Source: a bacterium
GTDB lineage: Bacteria > Bacteroidota > Ignavibacteria > Kapaibacteriales > UBA2268
Assembly: GCA_030431515.1 (NCBI GenBank)
Contig: JAUIIX010000010.1
Coordinates: 2,753 to 66,752 of the forward strand
Length of the DNA: 64,000 nucleotides
Direction: 5' to 3'
Part shown: in pieces, positions 23,101 through 31,338 of the stretch
Numbering within the stretch: position 1 is the stretch's first letter
Layout of the letters: every line of letters begins with the position of its first letter
Position numbers and translations under genes: made by a program
Notes under the pieces: generated by a model
Database searches by the model: none
Told to the model about the DNA's origin: nothing
Seen by the model: only the letters and a program-made list of their open reading frames with translations

Positions 23101-24278
23101 AGTCCGACTGGGGAATTTTCAAAAATTTGTTTATGATTTGAATTACTAATTTCTAATTGTTTTTGTCTATATAATTGTAGCGATACATCTTCAAAATATC
23201 CAATTAACTGAACTAAGCAAGAATCCTCAATTATACAAGAAATTGTAGTGCTATAGTATATATTATTAATAGAATCATAACTAATATTATTAATTAAAGA
23301 GTAATTGTTATTTATTAATTTTTCTAAAAATAATTTTACGTCATCTAAAACAGGGTAAATTTCTCTAATGGTTTTGTTTATTATTTCTTCTTTTTCAAAT
23401 CCATATACAGCAGAGAATAGTTCATTACAATCAATTATTCTAGCATCTAAGTAACTCTCATATTTATCTTTAAAATTAGAATTTATATAAAAGTTATTTA
23501 AGTTTAAAGCGAAATATCCTTGATCATTATTAATAATTGCATTTTTTAACTTAATTTTATCAAGTGGTTTTTGAATATAATTTTCAGATATTTTTGTTGA
23601 GGTACCGTAAAATACAACAATTCTCCCTTCTTTTATAGGGTTTATGTTTATCTGGTAAGTAGTTTGTCCGTTATTGCTTAAATATATATTAAAAGATTTG
23701 AATTTTAAATCTCTTTCTGCTTTTTCTAATTCTTTAATAGTTAGTAATTGTGATTCAGTTGATAATGTTTCTAAAAAATTATTAAAAGTGTATTTAGATT
23801 TCATTTCATTAAAAATATTTAAATCTTTTTGATTAGAAAAGGCAAACTCATAAGTGCCATTTTCAGATTTTATAAGTTTAAATATTGTACCAGGAATATT
23901 TTGAGCTATATCTTGTAATAATGAATCATTGAATAAATAATTTGTAATATCTTTTCCAACTGCATAAGTCAGATTGTTTTCAAGATCAGGATATGAGTTC
24001 CATTCAAAATAAACTAATGTTCCATTTTTACTTTTATATCTATTTACAAAGGATTTTGATATTTTACCAGATATAACTTTATCAGATTCTACTTCAGTAA
24101 TTTCTTTATCAATATCTAATAAGTAATCCCAAAACTTAGTATGGAGTAATTCCTTCTTAGTATATCCTAATAAATTAGCTAAACAATCATTAATTTTTAA
24201 AATATAGCCATCCATATCAACCACAAACATTGCTTGATTAGATAATTCGAAAAAATTGCTATATTTTATTTCTGCCAT
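20142..24278 (-). CDS. Cytoplasmic multi-PAS/PAC sensor histidine kinase (1378 aa), paralogue of the downstream kinase
   Basis: PAS begins at residue ~10. H-box SHDLKNPLTGI, N-box LLSNASKFS, G1 DYGPGIS, G2 GLGLAIV. No TM segment and no REC domain. Confidence 0.9.
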   Translation of the reverse strand: MAEIKYSNFFELSNQAMFVVDMDGYILKINDCLANLLGYTKKELLHTKFWDYLLDIDKEITEVESDKVISGKISKSFVNRYKSKNGTLVYFEWNSYPDLENNLTYAVGKDITNYLFNDSLLQDIAQNIPGTIFKLIKSENGTYEFAFSNQKDLNIFNEMKSKYTFNNFLETLSTESQLLTIKELEKAERDLKFKSFNIYLSNNGQTTYQININPIKEGRIVVFYGTSTKISENYIQKPLDKIKLKNAIINNDQGYFALNLNNFYINSNFKDKYESYLDARIIDCNELFSAVYGFEKEEIINKTIREIYPVLDDVKLFLEKLINNNYSLINNISYDSINNIYYSTTISCIIEDSCLVQLIGYFEDVSLQLYRQKQLEISNSNHKQIFENSPVGLMIHDESKVLHLNKHALDLLETNYSEIIGTNPLDLVYEDYIQEIKVRFDNIFINKNDYNLPKEIKLKTFKGNIVDVQVAGHSMIYDNKRCIEVSFINITDRVKLQKENEYYKNLYQSVLDNTTEFIIRMDINGIFTYCNKTYEDRIGYELVGKHLSYCLAEGQLEKVEELVNKIKNNPSQKYNIVLAKTDINNQKLLVNWDVITIQDNNELIIQCLGHDVTELEKTKLNLELANMRYKESAQLAKLAYWEYNPNTGEVIWDDNLFQMLGYEVDKIITYDFSRSIVHPDDLNNFDKAFNKATNFYKVVYYEYRLKKRNGEYIYVNGNMKPIFDNQNNISKVVASLQDVTETKLKEKEILFNRNIYEAIFKSLPLGLNLQDKNDRIIMHNKEAERILGLTEGQLLGKDSLDPRWKAENEYGKILEPDEFPSQITLKTGKSIRNFLMKVSKGDSSFVWIIVNTEPASYCEKGSIETVIVSFLDVTEIKEVNSKLESSFILLNEMGSLAKTGAWEYDIIKDELFWSDSMYEIYALDKSYEPINEVEARFYSEEEFEIVKKDFNDLTENGKELDAKYRFIDAKGNKKVIRFKAKFVNNSRESNKIIGITQDITDLTSFEEEIANKNISLQQLKNAIDKSSIVSYTNVKGKFIEVNEKFVEVYGFTREEIIAKDHKILSSNVHSKEFWKEFWDTLLEGNIWTGEICNKTKNGKLLWFYATILPLKDSIGRILNFLEILIDITLSKKYEKELEETVNSRTKELNETIIEKDFILQMVSHDLKNPLTGIVLQTELMRLLSKKKEYLSFDEKIDYILECTQRMNLIINNLLEFDSLHKDNNLLLNEVDINLLLLELSKNYKNKLDKKNQELIIFNPNKNLTVLSHKNHLYQILENLLSNASKFSNLGSKIEIFIENRDEKVNILIKDYGPGISENELEKLFDKFVKLSNKPTGDEISSGLGLAIVKKLCELLNHEIQVESKVNIGTIFTIILKSF

Positions 24279-24530
24279 TATTTATTATTCAATAACTGAA
24301 AATACAAATTATCAAATAATATTTAGAAATGCAAATTTTATAAAAAAAATTCTTACAGCTTCTATTTGTAGTCTAAACTATTTCTATTTTCATATATTTC
24401 TCAAATAACTTATCTATTTATATAATTCTTATATAGTTGTAATATTTAATTGATTGATTTTGATAATACTATTAATCTACAATATTTAAAATTAAGACTA
24501 ACTTGTCTTTTTTGTTTGAATTGATTTCCT

Positions 24531-24538
24531 TAATTTTG
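24531..24538 (+). promoter_or_regulatory. Putative -7 box TAATTTTG for ccoG
   Basis: TAnnTTTG match 29 nt upstream of the ATG at 24567. TTTG motifs at 24511-24518 are possible -33 elements. Confidence 0.4.
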
Positions 24539-24566
24539 TAAAAATGAATTATACAAAAGTGAAATT

Positions 24567-26057
24567 ATGCAAAGAACAGAACAAAACCCAAAATGCGATA
24601 CTTCTAACAAATTCAAAAAACAAATAGATATTAGTGAATTAAAATTTCCTGATGAAAAATCACCTATTTTAACTCATGCTGGTGATTCATTTAGAGATAG
24701 AACCAATACTATATCTGAATCTGGAAATAGAAATTGGATTTACCCAAGAAAACCACAAGGTAAGATTTATAATCTAAGGACTTATGTAAGTTGGATTTTA
24801 TTGGCTATTTTCTTTGTCATTCCGTTTATTAAAATAAATGGAGAACCATTATTTCTATTTAATATTTTAGAAAATAAATTTATTTTGTTTAGCATAGTTT
24901 TTTGGCCACAAGACACTTTTATTTTTGCAATTTTTCTATTAGCTCTTGCAATTTTTGGAGTATTATTTACAGCAATTTTTGGTCGAATTTGGTGTGGGTG
25001 GGCTTGCCCTCAAACTATTTTTATGGAAATGGTTTTCAGAAAGATTGAATATTTGATTGAAGGAAATGCTACTTCTCAAAGACATTTAGCTAAAATGCCG
25101 TGGAATTTCACTAAAATCTGGAAAAAGACTCTTAAACTTTCTATATTTTTTGCTCTATCTTTTGTTGTTTCTAATCTTTTACTAAGTTATATAATTGGTA
25201 TTGACGAACTTGGAAAAATTATTTCTGAACCAATATCTAAACATACTGGTGGATTTATTTCAGTTTTAGCTTTTTCGGGATTATTCTTTTGGATTTTTTC
25301 ATGGTTCAGAGAGCAAGCATGTACTTTCGTTTGTCCTTATGGTAGATTGCAATCAGTTTTGCTCGATAGTAATACAATCGTTGTTGCCTATGACCATAAA
25401 CGAGGTGAACCAAGAGGTAAATACAAAAAGAAACGTGATGAAGATTTAGGTGATTGTGTTGATTGTGATAAATGTGTGCAAGTTTGTCCAACAGGGATTG
25501 ATATTAAAAATGGAACTCAATTAGAGTGTATTAATTGTGCTGCCTGTATTGATGCCTGCGATGCTGTTATGGAGCAAGTTGGTTATGAAAAAGGTCTTAT
25601 AAGATGGACATCAGAAAACAATATTGAAAATGGTGATAAGTTTAAAATAACGGGTAGAATAGTTGCATATTCAGTTTTATTAACTGTTTTAGTAGCTTCT
25701 GTTATTACTTTACTGTTACTAAGAAATCCAATTGATGTATCTATACTTAGAGCGAAGGGTCAAGTTGGTACTGTAATGGAAAATGGTAATATGATGAATG
25801 TATTTACAATGAAATTAATTAATAAGACAAGTGAACAACAAAATGTAACTTTTAAAACTCCTAAGTATAATGGGAAATTCACCTATATTGGTATGGAGAA
25901 AGGAGTTATTGAGCCAAATAGTATTATTACTGGAACATTTTTATTAGAAATTCCTAAAAGTGAACTTACACTTGGTACTAATCGTGTTGAAATACAAATA
26001 GTTAATGAATCAGGTGAAATATTAAATACAGTTAAAACTAACTTTACTTCTAAATAA
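24567..26057 (+). CDS. ccoG: cbb3-type cytochrome oxidase accessory protein CcoG/FixG (polyferredoxin)
   Basis: 496 aa with TM helices and Cys clusters CGWACPQ, CPYGRLQ, CVDCDKCVQVCP and CINCAACIDAC. Confidence 0.85.
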   Translation: MQRTEQNPKCDTSNKFKKQIDISELKFPDEKSPILTHAGDSFRDRTNTISESGNRNWIYPRKPQGKIYNLRTYVSWILLAIFFVIPFIKINGEPLFLFNILENKFILFSIVFWPQDTFIFAIFLLALAIFGVLFTAIFGRIWCGWACPQTIFMEMVFRKIEYLIEGNATSQRHLAKMPWNFTKIWKKTLKLSIFFALSFVVSNLLLSYIIGIDELGKIISEPISKHTGGFISVLAFSGLFFWIFSWFREQACTFVCPYGRLQSVLLDSNTIVVAYDHKRGEPRGKYKKKRDEDLGDCVDCDKCVQVCPTGIDIKNGTQLECINCAACIDACDAVMEQVGYEKGLIRWTSENNIENGDKFKITGRIVAYSVLLTVLVASVITLLLLRNPIDVSILRAKGQVGTVMENGNMMNVFTMKLINKTSEQQNVTFKTPKYNGKFTYIGMEKGVIEPNSIITGTFLLEIPKSELTLGTNRVEIQIVNESGEILNTVKTNFTSK

Positions 26058-26064
26058 GGATAAT

Positions 26065-26499
26065 ATGAAAATAAATTGGGGTTGGGGAATCGGTATCTTT
26101 TATAGTATATTTGTACTTACAATGATAAGCATTGTTTATGCAACAACATTTTACAAACCTGATATGGTAAGTGATGACTACTATAGAGATGAACAAGTAT
26201 TTCAAAAGCAGATAGACAAAAGTATTAATACTCAGAAGTTGGAAGTACAACCAAGTATTTTAGTTCAAGAAGGTAGTTTAATTGTAAAATTTCCAGAAGA
26301 TATGAAAGATATAAAAGGAATTTTAAAATTATTTAGACCTTCAGATTCTAAGTTAGATCAAAAAATTGAACTTAATGTTAATGATAACAATACCTTTAAC
26401 TTAGATTTGAAAAATATTCAAAAAGGGAAATGGCTTGTTAAAATTAATTGGGAAAGTGCAGGAGTAAGTTATTATATTGAAAGGACTATATTTAATTAG
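26065..26499 (+). CDS. FixH-family protein
   Basis: 144 aa with one N-terminal TM, then a DDYYRDEQ motif and a beta-rich domain. Lies directly downstream of ccoG. Confidence 0.65.
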   Translation: MKINWGWGIGIFYSIFVLTMISIVYATTFYKPDMVSDDYYRDEQVFQKQIDKSINTQKLEVQPSILVQEGSLIVKFPEDMKDIKGILKLFRPSDSKLDQKIELNVNDNNTFNLDLKNIQKGKWLVKINWESAGVSYYIERTIFN

Positions 26500-27494
26500 T
26501 CCTTAATAACTTTAACTAAGCATTTTCCTCTTTGTCCACCTTTTGATATTAATTCTATTTCATTTTCAATTTCTGAAAATAGAATTTCTCTATACATTTT
26601 ATCAAATGCTTCTGGTTTCCAATGTTCTGATAATTTCATCCAGAGTTGGAGTTTCTTTTCAAGTTCTTGTTCGGCAGAATCTATTCCTATGAGTTTTAAG
26701 CCCCTTAATATGAAAGGATAAACAGTTGTTGTAAATTTATCAGATGCAACTAATCCAACACTACAAACAGCTCCATGATGACCCGTAGTTTTTAGTAAAT
26801 TTTCTAAAGTTTTGCCACCAACATTATCTATCGCACCTACCCATCTTGCTGAAAGTAAAGGTCGATTGCTTTCTATATTTAGTTCTTCCCTATCAATTAC
26901 TTCACTTGCACCAATACTTTTTAACCAATCAGATTCACTTGATTTTCCTGTGCTTGCTACAACTTCATAGCCAAGTTTACCAAGTATTCCAATAGCCATC
27001 GAGCCAACCCCTCCGGACGCACCAGTTACAATAACTTTACCTTTGTCTTTACTTATACCAGCATTAATTAATTCAGATACACAAAGCCCAGCAGTAACAC
27101 CTGCAGTTCCGTAAATCATTGCTTCTTTTAATGTTAATTCTGGCGGACATGGTACAATCCAATCTGCTGGAACTGACACATATTCAGAAAAACCACCAAA
27201 AGTATTCATTCCTAAATCATGACCAGTTACAATTACTTTATCACCAACTTTATAATTTGAATCTTTACTTTCAACTATTTCACCAGCGGCATCAACCCCT
27301 GGAATCGTTGGATAATTTCTAGCAATTCCTTTATGACCTTTTGCAACTAATGAATCTTTAAAATTTAATCCTGTATAATGAACTTTAATTAAAATATCAT
27401 TATCTGGAAGAAATCCTCTATCAATATCTTCAAATCCGTAAGAAAAAGAGCCATCTGAACTTTCTCTTGATACAATTGCTTTAAATTTATCCAT
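26496..27494 (-). CDS. acuI: YhdH/AcuI-type NADPH:quinone / acrylyl-CoA reductase (MDR superfamily)
   Basis: 332 aa with LIKVHYTGLNFKDSLVAKG...IPGVDAAGEIV and the Rossmann motif VTGASGGVGS. No structural-zinc Cys cluster. Confidence 0.75.
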   Translation of the reverse strand: MDKFKAIVSRESSDGSFSYGFEDIDRGFLPDNDILIKVHYTGLNFKDSLVAKGHKGIARNYPTIPGVDAAGEIVESKDSNYKVGDKVIVTGHDLGMNTFGGFSEYVSVPADWIVPCPPELTLKEAMIYGTAGVTAGLCVSELINAGISKDKGKVIVTGASGGVGSMAIGILGKLGYEVVASTGKSSESDWLKSIGASEVIDREELNIESNRPLLSARWVGAIDNVGGKTLENLLKTTGHHGAVCSVGLVASDKFTTTVYPFILRGLKLIGIDSAEQELEKKLQLWMKLSEHWKPEAFDKMYREILFSEIENEIELISKGGQRGKCLVKVIKD

Positions 27495-27614
27495 AATAAT
27501 CTCATTATATTAGTTTTATCTTAAAAAGCAATATCTATGCCATCCCCTAATTTTAAGACTTATTGCTCTTAATACTTGCTTCTTATTTTAAATAGACGTA
27601 ATTTTGTAAAAATT

Positions 27615-28355
27615 ATGATATTAATCCCAGCAATATTATTAGGTTTTTTAGGTTCCATGCACTGTGTTGGTATGTGCGGACCTATTGTTATAAGTATTCC
27701 AGTTAACAACAATGGGAAGTTTGGTTCTTTAGTTAGCAATCTACTATATAATTTTGGAAGAGTAACAACTTACTCATTCTTTGGCTTAATTTTAGGGCTA
27801 CTTGGTGAATCAATTTCCTTAATTTTCCTTCAATCTCATCTTTCAATATTCCTTGGTTCTGTGATTCTTTTATATTTGATATTGCCAAAGAGTGCAATGA
27901 GCTTTATAAAATCAAATGGAAAACTTACTTTAAAAATCGGGAAACTTAAACAAAGTATTGGAAAGAATTTACTACGAACAAGTCCATTAAGTTCCTATAT
28001 TTTAGGTGTTTTAAATGGTTTTCTTCCTTGTGGATTAGTTTATGCTGCACTTGCTGGAGCATTGGCAACTGCATCTGTTCTAAACTCTGTTTTATTTATG
28101 GCATTATTTGGAATTGGAACAATACCGGCAATGGCTTTATTATATCATTTCAAGAATCAAATAGATTTACAACTTAGACAAAAGTTAAATAAAATCATAC
28201 CTTATGGAATTGCATTAGTTGCAATACTTATGATACTAAGAGGATTAAATCTTGGTATTCCAATGATTAGCCCAAACTTTGATAAATCAACTCTTCAACA
28301 AAATGCTGAAGAATGTTGTGAGCCATCTGAAATATTAAAACCTCAATCTAAATAA
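27615..28355 (+). CDS. TauE/SafE-like (DsbD_2, COG2836-type) membrane protein linked to cbb3 biogenesis
   Basis: Multi-TM with GSMHCVGMCGPIV motif. The ORF track starts at a TTG (27576); the in-frame ATG at 27615 (MILIPAILLG) is the more likely start. Confidence 0.6.
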   Translation: MILIPAILLGFLGSMHCVGMCGPIVISIPVNNNGKFGSLVSNLLYNFGRVTTYSFFGLILGLLGESISLIFLQSHLSIFLGSVILLYLILPKSAMSFIKSNGKLTLKIGKLKQSIGKNLLRTSPLSSYILGVLNGFLPCGLVYAALAGALATASVLNSVLFMALFGIGTIPAMALLYHFKNQIDLQLRQKLNKIIPYGIALVAILMILRGLNLGIPMISPNFDKSTLQQNAEECCEPSEILKPQSK

Positions 28356-28357
28356 TT

Positions 28358-30010
28358 TTAATCAACTTGGTGCATTGCATCACTTGTGCCATCACCCTTT
28401 AAAATACTTTCTATTTCATCTTCATTCCAAAGTGGCTTATTTAAGATTTTAGGAATTTTAACATCTAATATTTTATATACTTTCTTAAGATTTTCTCTAA
28501 ATAAAACATCAAAATCTAACTTGTTTGGAGCATAATGCCCAGAATAATACCACCAAAACCAGTCAGATGCTTCTGCTCTTAGAATATAATAGTAGGCATC
28601 GTCCCATAGATCAGATTCCACTTTACCTTTACTATCGCTAAGTTGCTTTCTTGCATCGGCTAAAAGTCTCCAAGCAAGATGATTTTTGCTCTCTCCTGCC
28701 CAAATTTTAAAGTTACCGTAAATCCAAGATCCAGCTTTTATATCTTTAATTGTTTCAAATGGAATACTTGCTACTCTCGATGATTCACTCATCGTAACTG
28801 TTTTATATTCTTCTGACTTTGAGAAAGTCTCAAAAAGTTTGTTGATAAATCCAATGCCATTGTTGTTATAAAACTCCCAACAATTCTCGCCATCTAAGAT
28901 AACATAAACACAAGCTTTTTGAAGTACATCTTCTTCATAAGTATCTACTAAATTATTTTTTATCCTACTTAATTCTACAAAGAAATCATTAACTGCTGAT
29001 TCGGCATTCATACCAGAATAATGAAAACCAATCTTATCTGATAAATGACTATCTCTAAAGAAAATATTGATTTCGCCTTCTTTTTTCTTATACTTCCTAG
29101 GAAAATATATCTCTAAAGGTGCAAATAACTCACCTTTAGTATTCTTTAAAAGATCCTTATCTGATGCAGTCCATTCCACTTTGTGCTTTATAAATTGATC
29201 AAGCACTTCATTGCTCAAACTGCCTTCAGATGACCACATTCCACTTGAGTTTATTCCAAATATTTCCTCATATCTATCCAATGCACCAGCTATTTGAATC
29301 TCAGAATCCTCTGGAAAGCTAAATTCGGTGTCTGTATCAGTATCAGGTAAGTTTTCTTTAACTACTTGGAAATCATTTAACAAAGGTAGAATAGGATGAT
29401 AATAAGGCGAGAAACTTATTTCAAGTTGATTTGACTTATTAATCAATCTTAAGTTATCAAGAAAATGTCTTAAATACTCAAGTTGAATCTCAATTAAATA
29501 CATTTTCTCTTCTTGAGTGTAATTTTTCCCTTTCTGGAACAATCTTTCAATAAATTCATTCTTTCGAATATCATATCCGCACCAAGTTAGATTATACCAG
29601 ACCTGCAAATCCAATAACTCTTGATTTGTCCAATCATTTATACTCTCATTTCTCTTCTGATACAACAAGTTATAGCCCTCATAGACACTTATCATATTAT
29701 CATAGTTGCAAGTAAAGAAATTATCCTTAATAAATTGTTTCTGTTCCGGCTCCATATTATCAGGGTTGGGATAAGTATAATTCAAAACTTTGTCAATTAC
29801 ATTACCATCTGCCAAAAGCTCGATTTGATCAATCAAAGAAGGAACAAAATTGAAACTTTGTTTAACATTTGGATACTTAAGTAAAAGAGATGGAAGAGTT
29901 AAATAGTCTTTAATACAGTGAAATCTAACCCAAGGCAAGATAAATTCACCTTCTAACTCGTAATTTGGCTGATGATTGTGCCAAAGAAATGCAACTTTTA
30001 ATGATGTCAT
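28358..30010 (-). CDS. Glycoside hydrolase family 57 (alpha-amylase / glucan-processing)
   Basis: 550 aa with the typical GH57 N-terminus VAFLWHNHQPNY...PWVRFHCIKDY and SEGS / DGENCWE-type motifs. Confidence 0.85.
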   Translation of the reverse strand: MTSLKVAFLWHNHQPNYELEGEFILPWVRFHCIKDYLTLPSLLLKYPNVKQSFNFVPSLIDQIELLADGNVIDKVLNYTYPNPDNMEPEQKQFIKDNFFTCNYDNMISVYEGYNLLYQKRNESINDWTNQELLDLQVWYNLTWCGYDIRKNEFIERLFQKGKNYTQEEKMYLIEIQLEYLRHFLDNLRLINKSNQLEISFSPYYHPILPLLNDFQVVKENLPDTDTDTEFSFPEDSEIQIAGALDRYEEIFGINSSGMWSSEGSLSNEVLDQFIKHKVEWTASDKDLLKNTKGELFAPLEIYFPRKYKKKEGEINIFFRDSHLSDKIGFHYSGMNAESAVNDFFVELSRIKNNLVDTYEEDVLQKACVYVILDGENCWEFYNNNGIGFINKLFETFSKSEEYKTVTMSESSRVASIPFETIKDIKAGSWIYGNFKIWAGESKNHLAWRLLADARKQLSDSKGKVESDLWDDAYYYILRAEASDWFWWYYSGHYAPNKLDFDVLFRENLKKVYKILDVKIPKILNKPLWNEDEIESILKGDGTSDAMHQVD

Positions 30011-30519
30011 ATTTTATACGTCGCCCCTATTCCTAAAAAAGCTCGATAATTATTTTCAATAAGTTCAAACTTAAGGAAAGGACTTAAATAAAACGAATTT
30101 AATTTGAATTGATATTCCGCACCCGCCATCATATTAATCCTTATTTGGCTTCCGTAATCATTTTTCACTTGCAAATATGTCAAGTTCGGGTCATCTGGAG
30201 CTAATCCATAATTCACGTAAAGTATTCCAGGAGCAAGAAATAATCTTAAATTACTCGTCGGATGAACAAACATAGCCAAGCCACCAGTTAATTCCATATT
30301 ATCATGGATTGTTAGGTCAGCAATCATCCCGACACCTAACACGGGCTTAGTTTTAGCAAACTTATATTCGTAATTTACACCAAAACTCGGTGCAATCGCA
30401 TCATTTTTCTTAATAAACTTCGCCCCGACCATCATTCCAACCTGATGATTAGTCCTTTGAGCAAACATATTAATGGATAATATTAACATTAAAAATATTA
30501 TTATTGAGCTTTTCTTCAT
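30007..30519 (-). CDS. Small outer-membrane beta-barrel protein, overlaps the GH57 start by 4 nt
   Basis: 170 aa with a signal peptide, alternating-hydrophobic strands and C-terminal GIGATYKI. Confidence 0.5.
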   Translation of the reverse strand: MKKSSIIIFLMLILSINMFAQRTNHQVGMMVGAKFIKKNDAIAPSFGVNYEYKFAKTKPVLGVGMIADLTIHDNMELTGGLAMFVHPTSNLRLFLAPGILYVNYGLAPDDPNLTYLQVKNDYGSQIRINMMAGAEYQFKLNSFYLSPFLKFELIENNYRAFLGIGATYKI

Positions 30520-30646
30520 TTTTCTAACCCTTTTTACTTGACTTTCTTACAATTCAAGTAACATACAAATAATATACCAAGATTAATTTTTCATTAATTT
30601 TCTATCCGAAATTACTTTTTGTGCATTTGTTTTCAATAATAATACT

Positions 30647-30757
30647 AAAACCCTCTCAAATACTATTTCCGCCGTCTTCTCCCTGTCATTCAGAGCGAAG
30701 CGAAGAATCCATTCTTCCATTTCCATTCCCAAAACCCTCTCAAACACTTCTTCCGTC
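30647..30757 (-). repeat. Mosaic repeat block A (X-Y-X modules, reverse orientation)
   Basis: AAAACCCTCTCAAA at 30647 and 30731 (reverse of GAGAGGGTTTT), and GTCATTCAGAGCGAAGCGAAGAATCC at 30685-30710 (reverse of module Y). Confidence 0.85.
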
Positions 30758-30763
30758 ATCTTC

Positions 30764-31204
30764 TTAATCATTTTCTTTATTTAGTTTATCATTAGATTCA
30801 TCTGGATTATCTAATATTCTTTTTGTAAATCGAAATAATTCTTTTGAAGTTGTAAAAAATTCATAAAAAGTTTCATTTTCTTTGTCCTCATATAATGGTT
30901 CTAAATCTTCAAATAAACTTCTAACCATCTTAAAATATTCTAAGTCCTCTTTACTTCCATATTTAATTACCACAAGTTCATATTTCTTTAATGCTTTATT
31001 ATATTTCTTTATGTTTTTAGTTAAAATGTTCGCTTTTAAAAAAAATTCATTTAGTTCTTTTGTTTTTATAATATATTTACTATTTACTCCTTTAATTTCT
31101 ATATTAATTTTATCCTTATGTAAATATTTTATATTCAAATACCAAACAAGTGTAGAGATTAAAACAATTATTGCTATTATTATCAAGATACTTTCCAATC
31201 CCAT
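30764..31204 (-). CDS. Hypothetical N-terminally membrane-anchored K/E-rich protein
   Basis: The ATG at 31204 is preceded by a strong GGAGAAAGGGGGG RBS; the track start at 31225 is a TTG. One TM (LESILIIIAIIVLISTLVWYL), then helical. Confidence 0.5.
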   Translation of the reverse strand: MGLESILIIIAIIVLISTLVWYLNIKYLHKDKINIEIKGVNSKYIIKTKELNEFFLKANILTKNIKKYNKALKKYELVVIKYGSKEDLEYFKMVRSLFEDLEPLYEDKENETFYEFFTTSKELFRFTKRILDNPDESNDKLNKEND

Positions 31205-31265
31205 AATCTTCCCCCCTTTCTCCAAATTACCAAAATCATTTCCACAAAAATAACAATTTCCTTAC

Positions 31266-31307
31266 AAAAAACCCTCAAAACTATCCTGAACAGTCTTAAG
31301 GGCTTTT
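31266..31307 (-). terminator. Putative terminator hairpin after the 316-aa gene, built from an X-like module
   Basis: Arms AAAAACCCTCAA (31267-31278) and TTAAGGGCTTTT (31296-31307) pair at 10/12. A U-run follows on the minus strand. Confidence 0.4.
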
Positions 31308-31338
31308 AGAATACAATTTCCGCCATTTCAAATATCAT

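Noticed and set aside
24440-24470. FNR/CRP-type box (TTGAT-N4-ATCAA) upstream of ccoG.
   Set aside because: Only one good half-site is present (TTGATTTTGATAAT). In DNA this AT-rich the match is not significant.
30583-30771. 62-aa ORF containing ...ILRFALNDRE....
   Set aside because: It is a translation of X/Y repeat modules. The same peptide strings recur in ORFs 34285-34488 (minus) and 34453-34647 (plus), which also lie wholly in repeat DNA.
30882-31253. 123-aa plus-strand ORF overlapping the 146-aa minus-strand gene.
   Set aside because: It is an S/F/L-rich shadow of a K/E/N-rich gene. The minus-strand ORF has a strong GGAG-type RBS and a clean TM anchor.
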